This document shows positions 1 through 10,493 of a stretch of DNA of 64,000 nt, piece after piece. This stretch comes from Neophaeotheca triangularis (lineage: Eukaryota). Where the stretch lies: contig BAAIJX010000024.1 in assembly GCA_054600435.1 (NCBI GenBank), positions 1 to 64,000 on the forward strand, in the 5' to 3' direction. The first letter of the stretch is position 1. Each line of letters starts with the position of its first letter. The notes under the pieces were generated by a model, which worked only from the letters and a program-made list of their open reading frames with translations, did not search any database and was not told where the DNA came from. The position numbers were made by a program, and so were the translations under genes.

Positions 1-168
1 CCCCCCTGAAATCAAAAAAAAAAAACACTCCACGCTATGCTCCCAAACGCCCATCCTCCAAAATTCCTCCCATCCTTAAAGACTCCTCTCTAAATCTGTC
101 CAAAGGTCAAACCCTGAGAAAGAAGATCACCATTCCAGTCTGTGCCACCCCACCACCAATCATCTGCC

Positions 169-1198
169 CTAATACTTGCGCCACGGTGGGTGGTAATGCT
201 TGTCAAGAATCTCCTCAAACACACTTGTTGCATCCCATGGCCCAGGTGCAACCCCACTGGTGTTGCGCGCGAACCACCTAACCGGGTCCTTGTAGAACGA
301 GGTATTTCGGTCCTCGTAGTCGTGTACTTCGTGTTCGTCGCCATGATTACGACCGACCCACTTCTGGTAGGCAGAAGACTCTGTGCATAGGCGGGATTTC
401 TCGAGGCGTTTGCTGTATCGGAAATTCTTCAATTCTGTGCTTCTTGGCTCTTGGATGACCCCGGTGTTGATTTTGCAAAAGCGCCACGCTGTAGCAAGCC
501 TTTCGCAGACCACCTCGTCGTCCAAGTTGAAGGGGACTTTCGGGTCGTCTTCGTCGTAAGCTTTCCAAATTTCGTCGTCTTCCCACAAGCCCCAAAAACT
601 GCCTTCTTCAGGGCCGTCGGTATTAAGGTGCCTGGTCCACTCCTTTCGGTCTGTCGCATTCTTTTGATATACCGCGGCCAAGAAGCTCCTGTACGCATCG
701 ATGGTCGTCTCTTTCCCGTCAAAAGCAAGCCACGTGCCATTCGAGCTCTGCCATTTCTCGTCAAACTTAAGCTTCGGGTTGATAAAGGTGATTTCATTCG
801 CCCAGTTTGGTTGTTTGATGGCAGCTTTCTGCAGAGATTGATCGATCATGTCTTCGCGGACGCACTTGATGCCTGCGCCACCTGGATACCCCAAAAGGAC
901 AGAGACATCTGGGTTTGTCGTGACATGTCCGACCACGACAAACTTCTTCGCTGGAGTTCTTTTGTCCTTTCCATAGATGGAGCGCACCTCGAGATCCGGG
1001 ATGACGGACATGTGGACTCCTAGACCGTCTTGGCCAGTGTACTTGTGAATGTCGTCATGTCGCTTGACTCTTTTGGATGGTCGTTTCACAAAATCGAATG
1101 GGTAGACTAAGGCGAGCGGTTAGTTAGACATGGAAAAGTAGATTTTTTGTTTTGCTTGCGCATCACCTACTCTCGTCGGATGCTTTACGCTTCGCCAT
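169..1198 (-). CDS. Orphan protein A (~320 aa, basic NLS-like N-terminus), 2 exons
   Basis: ATG at 1198 (MAKRKASDE). Intron 1107-1170 (GTAGGT...CTAAC...TTAG) splices in frame into the 306-aa ORF 169..1089 (IYPFDFVKRPSKRVKRH...). No family recognised. Confidence 0.75.
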
Positions 1199-1310
1199 TT
1201 TCGGGATAAATCTTCTCCAATTGGGCTGATATGTAGTTTGACTACAGTCAAGTCAAACTCATTAGCCCTCGGAGTTGGTGAGATTTCGGTGGGACCGGAG
1301 GAGGAAGCTC

Positions 1311-1583
1311 GGAGGGTGGAGGGTGGGGGAGGGGGAGGGTGGAGGGTTGGTGTGTTGTAAGGAAGAGAGAGAGAGAGAAGAGAGAAGATATAAGAGTACC
1401 GTTTCCACTAGCGCGCCAAGACTAAGGGGTCTGAGTGAAGCGTGAGGGAGGGTGGAGGGTGGAGGAGGGGGAGGGTGGAGGGGTTGGTGTGTTGTAAGGA
1501 AGAGAGAGAGAGAGAGAGAGAAGAGAGAAGAGATAAGAGTACCATTTCCACTAGCGCGCCAAGACTAAGGGGTCTGAGTGAAG
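1311..1583. repeat. Tandem duplication of a ~135-bp G-rich/(GA)n unit in the divergent promoter
   Basis: Two copies (~1311-1440 and ~1448-1583) share GGAGGGTGGAGGG...TTGGTGTGTTGTAAGGAAGAGAG...TTTCCACTAGCGCGCCAAGACTAAGGGGTCTGAGTGAAG. Confidence 0.95.
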
Positions 1584-1670
1584 GGTCGATATCTAGGCAC
1601 CGATATCGAAGGAACCAAATACTAGTACAAAAGGGTCGATATCTAGGCACCGATATAAAAGTAACCAAAC
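1581..1670. repeat. 50-bp-period tandem repeat carrying the dyad element
   Basis: AAGGGTCGATATCTAGGCACCGATAT at 1581 and again at 1631. Confidence 0.95.
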
Positions 1671-1756
1671 CGGTCTGTGCGAGTGGATGGAGCTTAGGTA
1701 TATAAACTTTCTCCCACGTACATGTTTCCTTCTAAACTACAAAACATACAACAACA

Positions 1757-2466
1757 ATGGCTGATACACGGTAAGTTGACTTGATTACTGGAAGTAGACG
1801 CCAATCAATACTAATAAGATTTGTAGCCATCAGAGGTACTTGGCCTCGCACAAGGATGTCCTCCACAAGTTAATCGCCACGAAACAAGCAATGGTCGATG
1901 TGCTCGCCCCCCTGGATAAATTGACGATTCAAGTCGGCAAGACCATCGACCGCTATGTCCAGTACATATCGCAAACCTCGTTTCAAACACCTGCCAATGC
2001 TATTCGGACTGTTGAGGATATTGTCGTCGTTACTCAAACGATGCCCGAGTTTTCCGAAGTATAGCTAGCGGATGTTTCTGACGCGATGATTATCATGCTC
2101 CACGGCCGCGCCAAATTCAAACCCTTTCTCGATTTGAACCGCATCAGGACAAGCGTCGAAATTCACACCTCCGCCATTAGAAGCCTCTATCGAGAAATGG
2201 CAGGTTACCACGAGGATTATGAGTTTGGGATGGATCTCGAACAGCGCTTGAACGATCCAGAAACGAACTTTGGCGGCATTGACAAAGTCAAGGGCATCTG
2301 GGGCAATGTGCAAGGTCGATTCCTCGAGCGTTGCGGGCGGTTTCTTGGTGCGCGCAAGAAGAATGTATACCTCCTCGTTGGTCGAGCTTTGACCACGTGC
2401 AGACGAGCTTCGAAATAGAACGAGTGCGGCGTCGATATCGGTGTAATTTGTAGTACTTCCAAATGA
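1757..2466 (+). pseudogene. Orphan gene B, interrupted by in-frame TAG codons
   Basis: ATG 1757, intron 1771-1826 (GTAAGT...CTAAT...TAG), then ORF 1840..2064. TAG at 2062-2064 is followed in the same frame by ORF 2086..2418, a second TAG at 2416-2418, and TGA at 2464-2466. Confidence 0.6.
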
Positions 2467-2553
2467 GGCTTCGATATCGTAGGAAGCACCAAAAGCATTA
2501 TACGTGAGCCGTGGGTCAAGATGAAACGCATGAATTGTAAGCAAGCCTATACC

Positions 2554-2755
2554 AAGTATACTTTGAGGTTATCTACGGTTTGAGAGCCTTACCCCCGATG
2601 ACATCTTCTCTCCCTCATCAGTAAGGCTCTCTCCCTCGTAACCTTCGCAATCACTAAGTATACTATGAGGTTATCTACGGTTTGAGAGCCTTACTCCCGA
2701 CGACATCTTCTCTCCTTCATCAGTAAGGCTCTCTCCCTTGTAACCTTCGCAATCA
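2554..2755. repeat. 102-bp tandem repeat (2 copies) with internal inverted repeat
   Basis: AAGTATACT(T/A)TGAGGTTATCTACGGTTTGAGAGCCTTAC...GTAAGGCTCTCTCCCT(C/T)GTAACCTTCGCAATCA occurs twice. The copies differ mostly by C/T transitions. Confidence 0.95.
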
Positions 2756-2820
2756 ACCATGTCTAGCTATACTCCCCCTCTACGGCACCCGACTTGGCCT
2801 TGTGTGCTCTACTTATCGGC

Positions 2821-3335
2821 TTAAAGACCTAGAGGTTTATTAGTTAGCAATATGATTCGGCAGCTTGTCTTGCTTTGCTATAATGAGTACTTACCAAAGA
2901 CGATTCGGGCTTGTCGGGCTACGGCTTGTGACGACAGGCCAAAAGCTTGGTCCATATCTTTGATCGCCTCAACAATCTCCTTCACATCGTCACCGATGGG
3001 GTTCCTTCTCACGTCGGAAGCTCCAGTGCTAGGTGACGCGGGCGAGGGAGCCGACACTGATGCATGATTTGGAGATCTGTGGCGGGTAGATTGTTGATTT
3101 TGCATGCTTTGATGTGGAAGATGGGTGGATGGCTGAGAGGACTGGCCCTCTGTTGGCTGATGGGTCCGTTGTCGATTTTGCATGCTTTGATGTGGAAGAT
3201 GGGTGGATGGCTGAGAGTACTGGCCCTGTGTTGGCTGATGGGTCCTCAATGGAGAAGGGAATGTGGGGGGCTGCCGAGCTTGCTGCTGCTGTGGTGGGGA
3301 ATACTGCGGCGGTGGAGTCTGATACTGCTGTAGAG

Positions 3336-3366
<31 letters not shown>

Positions 3367-3723
3367 TGGGTAGTGGTGAGGCTGTGGAGTCTGATACTGC
3401 GGCATCGACGGGGGATAGCCTGGTGGGTTTTGTTGCTGGTATGGACCTGGTGGTGGGCCATAGCTCGACGGGTATTGAGGATATCCGGGATTCATTGGTG
3501 GTGGGTAATGGCCTTGTGGAATTTGCTGCTGCATCGGCGGGGGATAGCCTGGTGGGTATTGTTGCTGGTATGGACCTGGTGGTGGGCCATAATTCGACGG
3601 GTGTTGAGGATATCCGGGATTCATTGGTGGTGGGTAATGGCCTTGTGGAATTTGCTGCTGCATCGGCGGGGGATAGCCTGGTGGGCTTTGCTGCTGGTTT
3701 GGGTAGCCGTTGTGAGGCTGCAT
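2821..3723 (-). CDS. Orphan protein C: Q/P/Y/G-rich low-complexity protein with internal repeats
   Basis: ATG 3723 (MQPHNGYPNQQQSPPGY). Contains 43-aa (129 bp) and 26-aa (78 bp) tandem repeats and a polyQ. Intron 2829-2894 (GTAAGT...GCTAAC...TAG), then GL-stop. Confidence 0.75.
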
Positions 3724-4117
3724 GGTGGGCGGTTTGTTGGTGGTCGGCTCGGAGGGCCGACGAGAGAGTTGTGAGTAGTAAGAAAGGAAGAGAGTGTTGA
3801 GCGGTCTCGAGAGCCAAAGATATAATTCGCTAGGTGGTCCGTGCACGGCGCGTTGCATCGATATCGACCTCACGCATGCATAAGCAGTTGCCTAATCGAC
3901 ACTAAGCCTAGCCGGGCCGCTAATACCGTCCATATCGAGAGCTTTAAGCTTCACTTCCATCTGGAGGGGTCGATATTGAGGCTTCGAAATCGACGTACGT
4001 GAAGAAGCTCGGACCAGGTGGCTCCCATAAAACTCCCCTCCTCTTCCTAAAGAATTCTTCTTCCTCTCATCATCCTCACCAACTCCTCCCTCTCCTCCCT
4101 CCATTCTCGCCACAAAC

Positions 4118-4582
4118 ATGGAGGAGCTCCCAGACATCGACTCGATGCGCCGCGACAGACACAGCATACAAGACGAGCTCGCCTTGAACTCCGAAGACTC
4201 CCTGCGCAAGCAATTCAGAGGCACTCTTGCTTTTGCGATCAATGCTCAACACGCCAACAACCCAGAAGTCGTCAAAAACCTGCAAAAGGACGCGGAAAAG
4301 ATGATACGCCCCCTGCGATCGATTCTGGATCGTCCCAGGCACGAAGTCGATGCTCATCACCCCGAGCTCCATGCTTTGGCCGAAGAAAAATTGGAGGCGG
4401 TGATGGCAGTGATGGACCAGAAAAATCACTTGGACGGCGCTCAAGCCAGGTACGATAAATGGGGCCGCTACATCGAAGCCTTGATGCAGCTGGATCCCGA
4501 CAAGCCAACGCCAGATCAGCAGCCGTCGCATCGCACTGAAGCGATGGGTGGGGCGGCAGATCCAGGAGGAGCAAGTTCTTGA
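4118..4582 (+). CDS. Orphan protein D (154 aa, helical-looking), possibly truncated
   Basis: AAC-ATG-G start after a CT-rich leader and CATAAAA box. A canonical intron (4592-4643) lies just downstream of the stop. Confidence 0.65.
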   Translation: MEELPDIDSMRRDRHSIQDELALNSEDSLRKQFRGTLAFAINAQHANNPEVVKNLQKDAEKMIRPLRSILDRPRHEVDAHHPELHALAEEKLEAVMAVMDQKNHLDGAQARYDKWGRYIEALMQLDPDKPTPDQQPSHRTEAMGGAADPGGASS

Positions 4583-5473
4583 CAGCAGTAGGTAAGCCCC
4601 ATCTCAAGACTTTCAAGGCGTTGTGCTGACCACATCTCGACAGAGAACGGAGATGCTCTGGGGGAGTCAGCTGGTGCCGAATGGTGGTGCTTTTTTGACC
4701 CTTGAAGAAAAGGAAGGAGGAAATGGCCCTCCGTGGGCAGCTGAAGTTCTCTAGACCTCTATGTAGTCCACATAGTCACGGAGAATACAGCAGAAGCACA
4801 GGATGAAGTCGCTGGAAGCCAAAGTATATCCCCAGACTCGAGTCAATGCACCGATGTCGGCAAGGCTCACGAGCATCCAATCAGAGCGTGGGCATGTCTC
4901 TTCCCTTTTGCCAGACAAACGACACCTTGATAGACCAACTTCTCGTCATAAATAACAGACACTTCCTTCTTCGCTGTCCGTGTGCATTCACCTCTCATCT
5001 CTTTGTCTACGGTGGATTCCATTCCAACGAGAAGACGCAGGTCTCCTGTCTCCATGAGGCTACGAAAGTCGAAGCTCGGGGCACGGGACAAATGACCTGA
5101 TTAGGCAAAAAGATGTCGTCCGATAGGGCGGCCCGCTCAGCTTGGCCAGCCTACTCCACTCGCATTGTCGCACTGGTTCAATGGCGATGATCTGGCAACA
5201 TGAGGTGACAGGGCAAGCATGGCCTGAAGGGCATACGAACTCCTGCAGCATCGAGCTCCCTGCGCTGCTCTCGACCTCCGCAATGGCCCCGCACCCACAT
5301 GACGAAGGCTCCAGCTTTGTAGGTTGAAAAGGACTGAAAAACCCCCCTTCCTCCTCTCTTATCGTTTTCCCCTCGCCATACACAACCAATCTCCCAGACT
5401 CAAACCGTACCTCCCAACTACACCACAACCACCGCCAACAACACAAACACCACCAACACAACCAACCACCAAC

Positions 5474-6043
5474 ATGTCTTCCGTCTCCCTCCACCCCATT
5501 ATCGACAATGGCTTCAAGAAAGGCGACGCCAACAAGGCCGGCGGCAAGCTCGCCTGCAAATGCCCCTCCCAAAGCCAGCGCGTAGTCGTCCAGCTCGGCT
5601 CGCAAGTCGCCCACAACCACGCCTGCGGCTGCTCCAAGTGCTGGAAGCCATCGGGCGCCCTCTTCTCCCTCGTCGCCGTCGTTCCCAAAGACAAAGTCTC
5701 CGTCGTCCAGAACGAGAACAAGCTGCGGGTCGTCGACCCCAGCGCCGCCATCCAGCGCCACGCCTGCTCCCAGTGCGGCGTCCACATGTACGGCCGCATC
5801 GAGAACAAGGACCACCCCTTTTACGGTCTCGACTTTGTCCACGTCGAGTTGAGCGATGAGGAGGGATGGCAGGAGCCGCAGTTTGCGGGCTTCTTGCCCA
5901 GCTTGGTGGAGAATGGAATGTCCGAGTCGAAGATGCCGGAGGTCAAGCAGGTCTTGTCGAAGAATGGACTCGAGGCTTACGACGCTTTGAGCCCGCCGTT
6001 GATGGATGTCATTGAGCAGGCTAGCAAGAAGCAGTCTAAGTGA
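5474..6043 (+). CDS. gfa: Glutathione-dependent formaldehyde-activating enzyme (S-hydroxymethylglutathione synthase)
   Basis: [57 protein letters not shown] are hallmark Gfa motifs. Confidence 0.93.
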   Translation: MSSVSLHPIIDNGFKKGDANKAGGKLACKCPSQSQRVVVQLGSQVAHNHACGCSKCWKPSGALFSLVAVVPKDKVSVVQNENKLRVVDPSAAIQRHACSQCGVHMYGRIENKDHPFYGLDFVHVELSDEEGWQEPQFAGFLPSLVENGMSESKMPEVKQVLSKNGLEAYDALSPPLMDVIEQASKKQSK

Positions 6044-8635
6044 GTGATGTTCGACGACGCATATGTCGTGTAATTTAGGTATCCTCGTTTTGTCGACACG
6101 GGGGCTAATGATTCAATTCAGGTTGTGATCTTCACGATCTTACCGAGTTGACGACGTTTTGCAAGCATTATGATGGATTCTGTAGCAACAGACTATGAAA
6201 ATGAAAAAAGTTAATTCAGATTGAGACCTTTGGAAGAGATGGTTATGACAAAGAGATGAGGACAATGAGCGTGTCAAATTAGATAGGGAGGAGCTTCGAT
6301 CATAAGTATGAATGATACCCATCATGGTAGATCTCATGTTCTCCACGACTCGTGCTGCCGTGGCACAAAGAACGGCTACCCTGACCTGACCAAGGATAGG
6401 GAGTGTGTTGCCAACCTCTCTGAAGTCTGCTCAATGCCACTTTCGCGGCCGCCGTCGAAGCTTGTCCCCAGCCCCATAGCATGCAGTAGTCGCTTTCGGT
6501 GCCCAAAAACGGTAGCTCCTCACCAAAAGCCCCCGTGCCACCGCTCCCAAAACCCAGCAACACCCTATTCCCTACCGTCGGACCATCTCACTGCCAGCGT
6601 AAGCCCACCCAACTGCTCTCGGAGACATTGCGTAGCTCAGTCTGCAAGAGAGAGAGGGAGAGAGAGGCATTTCTAGCACGCCCGAAGCGCCAACTTCGAC
6701 ACAAAAGCAGATTTCGAGAGCCAATGCCCAAGGCCTCGCTCGATCGTCCGAAGCAGGTACCTAGGTATTGCGCCTGGATTTGCTTGATGGTCTTCCGCTC
6801 CGGTGAGGGCTGCTAGCAAGATTCTGGGTGAGGCCGTCCTTCTTTGCTTTTCGATGATGGCAACTAAGGGATTGCTTTGGACTTCAACACAACGGTCGGG
6901 TTACGTCGTTTTTCGCACGGCTTTGCCAAAGGCTTTATGTTTGCTCTCAACCGAGTCTCACCAACGTTAGGCGTGGCCGGTCTTCTTCACCGTGAAGAGC
7001 AGTGGCTGGGGGTGAAGAGGGTGCAGAGACTGGCTTTGTCAGCGACAGCGTTGTAGGTGCGCCGAGGGTCTGTCTCGCGAGATTCGTTCTTCTGTCAAAC
7101 GTGGCTTCCTCGCTCATCTCCACACTTGTCTATCTGCATTTCTTCGATACAACAAGCCGACCACGGCTGCGAATCTGTAAAAAGCGCCGTGAAGCATGAA
7201 TGATTGATGCAGGTCCTGTGATGATCTAGGGCTGCAACGATGAAAGCCATGGCAAAGTCAAGTCACCAACGGGAGCGGAGATGCCAGGCGACTTGGCCAC
7301 GCCAGGATGTGCCTCAGATCTACTGTACAGCAATTGGATGCACACAATGATTACCGACACGTGAAACCCGAGATAAAGCCTACCTCCAACTGGACTACTG
7401 AAGCTTACTCCCAGACGCAGCACAACAACATTACAAGTATACATTTCGACATCAGGTGACCGTTGTCTAGAAGCATAACGCCTCCCTTATTCCCGCTGTA
7501 CCACTGGCTTAAGAGCTTAGCGAACCAATTGCGCTCTTCCAATCTCCCATATGTCCGTGGATGCTACCTCGATGTTTCGGGCGACGAAGCTCTTTTGGAT
7601 GGTGCGATCGTTTTCCAACTATACGTACTCTCTTTCCCCTCAGGATCAGCGGGAGTACGCCGTCGTGGATGTCTGGACTTGCCGGATCCGAGACTGGTGT
7701 CATGAGCTACATGCAGCAGCAGAGCATTAATGATACCAAATACCCTACGCCTGGGTTTTCTGTGAGATTGTAAAGCCCGTTAACGTAGGGCAGAGCCTAC
7801 TCCTAGTTAATGCCCAGGGACCAACAGCTGCCCACAAAACATGTGTCCCGTCTTCTCGACGTCTGCGATCTAACATTGCCTTGAGGTACATAGGTAAGTA
7901 GCCTTGGTTAGCCAACCCCACACTACCTTACCTTATCATGTGGACCAATCTGGCACCCTTCCCCAGATTTCCCCGCGTTCTTCTGCCACCACAACCTTAG
8001 CCAACTTAGCACTCCCTGGTTGTTATTCCTTTCAAAGCATCCGTGAAACTTGAGACATCGACAAGCCTTGGCCTTCTCATGATTCAAGTTCACGATATTC
8101 CAAGAATGGAAGATGCGCACAAACCTCCCCCTCTCAATCGTGATTCTACCCTGCGCAAATCACTTACCTAGCTTCCCGGTACATCCGCATCCAAGCTGCC
8201 GGGGAGACGCTTGCGTGTGGCTATCATCGAGGGGAAACGGGGGCGCGGTAGGTGCCGACCAACCGTAAAGTCGACTGTGGAGTGCATTAGGCCCGTCTTG
8301 GATAGCTCAAGGGTGCATTCGCGTCTTGACCAGACGTGTAGCTTGAGTTCAAGCATGGCAAAGGTGAGGAGAAGTCTTGATGGTCCTTGCAAGTGGCGTA
8401 CGACTCACCACTCATAGCTTTCGCTTCCTGTCGTCCAGGTAGACACGGCTTGATTTGAGTAGCGAGCTGCTCCAGGATCCCTCCTTTGGTCAAGTGCGGA
8501 GTCTCTTTGGTTGCTGATACTAAAAGGAGCTCTCCTCTCGTTGCACCGCGCTCATTCATTAGCCTCCTTGCCCAATCTCTCTTCCTGCATCTACTCGTTG
8601 CCATCAACCTCACATAACAGCCCTTAGCTTCCACA

Positions 8636-9843
8636 ATGGCAGAATATCGAGCGGCGCAGGAGAATACCAATCTGAGCGCAGGTGACCCTCAACTTGATGC
8701 ACCTCTGGAAAAGGACTTTAGCAACGGTGAGTGCAGGTTCTAGATATGCCACTGCTCCCTATTGCTTATTAGAAGCAACAGCTGAACACCACGAAGGCTA
8801 CCATCTCGACAATGACATGGACTCTGGAGCTGCGCTGAACCGGATACGAACGGCCGGCAGCATCAGCATCTCCCCCGAACTCTTTGAGAAGATCTATCTT
8901 TCACCTCACAACAAAGTCTCTGGAGATCTTCGAAAGACGTTTGGCAATCCGACGCCAATGTGAGTTCTGCGTTGATTGGCTTGAGCTCGAATGTTATCCT
9001 GACATGCTGGACAGCGCTCTCATCGGCTTCCTCATCTCCCTGACACCGCTCTCTTGTACTCTCATGGGCTGGCGGGGTGCGGCCGGTAACGGTGCTGCGA
9101 CCACAGGCGTGTACTTTTTCTTTGGCGGCGTATTGATGATCGCTGGTGCTCTCGGAGAGGTGAGGAGTGGCACGTTCTCATCTTGTCGTGATGATTGCTG
9201 ACACCATGAGTAGTGGATCATTGGCAACACATTCCCCTGCGTCGTCTTCGCTAGCTTTGGTGCCTTCTGGCTCTCGTTCGGTGCCACTCAGGTACCTTTC
9301 TACAACGCTTGGGGCGCATTCGCAGAAAATCCCGACACACCTTCAGGGCTTGCCACTGGCCTCGAGGACCCTGGATTCAACGCCAGTTTCGGTAAGTCGC
9401 TGTTCATTATGCCCTGCACCTCAGGCTGACACTGCCATCTCAGGCTTCTTGCACCTCTGGATGGGCTTCCTCTGCCTAATCTACATGATCTGCGCCCTCC
9501 GCACCAACCTCGTCTTCGTCGGCATCTTCGCGACCCTCGTACCCGCCTTTGGTTGTCTGGCTGGCGCCTACTGGCATCTCGCTCAAGGCAATGCGGACAC
9601 TGCTACCACGCTATTGGTCGCCGCCGGGGCTGTTTCGTTCATATCCGATTTGCTTGGATGGTGGATCTTCGCTGCGATCATGCTTGCGGCCCTCGACTTT
9701 CCATTCCAACTCCCCGGTAAGTCATCAAGGACCAGTGTTGACTTTGAATGTATTTGCTGACATGTGTCATAGTCGGCGATCTCTCCCGCTTTATCAAGGG
9801 TCACTCGGAGAAGCAGAAAGAGAAGGAGAGGTATAGCGCTTAG
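8636..9843 (+). CDS. GPR1/FUN34/YaaH-family (AlcS/Ato-like) membrane transporter, multi-exon
   Basis: ISISPELFEKIYLSP, LRKTFGNPTP, GNTFPCVVFASFGAFW, ALRTN, PVGDLS reconstructed across five introns. Confidence 0.9.
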
Positions 9844-10493
9844 GGTGGATGTCTGTATTCTGGTGTTTCGGAGTAACGATGTAATGGGAATAGGAAGAGT
9901 GCGTGCAAACACAACACGGCCCTCGGCTTGTATTGCTTTTGTGGAGCGTCTGTAAACGCTCATCAAGATCTTTTGTACAAAGACATTCTGCCTTTCCGCC
10001 TTGGTTCCGTTTTCTTATGGTGGTAGCTCGGCCAGCATGGTCCTCACGCATTATCTGTCAGGTCAGACCTCCCTCGCCATCCAGATACAAGAGCTCACTG
10101 AGTGAGTGTGTACTGTGTAGCGTAACCATCAACTCGCAGTCGGCCTGAGCTACACTCAACCACTCCACCATTTTACCACGCTTTGAACATGCCGTGATTC
10201 AGAAGTCCGTCCGCCAATTCCAACATTTGCAGTTGTTGCAAATTTCCATCACGTCAGGCGTGCCTTCCTCTTCAGTCAATGCCAAGGCGGATGGCCGCAT
10301 AGACCCCCACGGCAACCTACATGAGCTCGAAACTTCTCGTCAGGTCCGTCTCTCCTCGCATCCAGCACCTTTCACAAATTCACCTTCACTTCCGCCACCG
10401 CGGAGACATTGTCCCACCCCCGGAGGTCGGCAAGCTCTTTGTTGTATATCCTCTCTGCCAAGCAATACCCGATTGCACGGTTAGGCAGCGAAT

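Noticed and set aside
1311..2755. CRISPR-like reading of the repeats
   Set aside because: Each is a two-copy tandem duplication without unique spacers, there are no cas genes, and the context is eukaryotic.
2058..2773. 11-bp inverted match AGTATAGCTAG as MITE terminal repeats
   Set aside because: No target-site duplication, the left copy is inside the gene B frame, and a match this short can arise by chance.
4726..4754. Helitron-like 3' end (GCCC/GGGC hairpin then CTAG)
   Set aside because: The stem is only 4 bp, CTAG is followed by A rather than T, and no Rep/helicase is seen.
169..4775. TAG/TAA reassigned to Gln in the cassette
   Set aside because: Introns are ordinary fungal type, CAG/CAA are used heavily, and the stops cluster in gene tails. 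RIP explains this more simply.
4867..5091. 74-aa minus-strand ORF
   Set aside because: No recognisable motif, ATG start context or splice structure.
6100..8600. Short ORFs and scattered splice-like signals between gfa and the transporter
   Set aside because: I could not assemble a coherent gene model.
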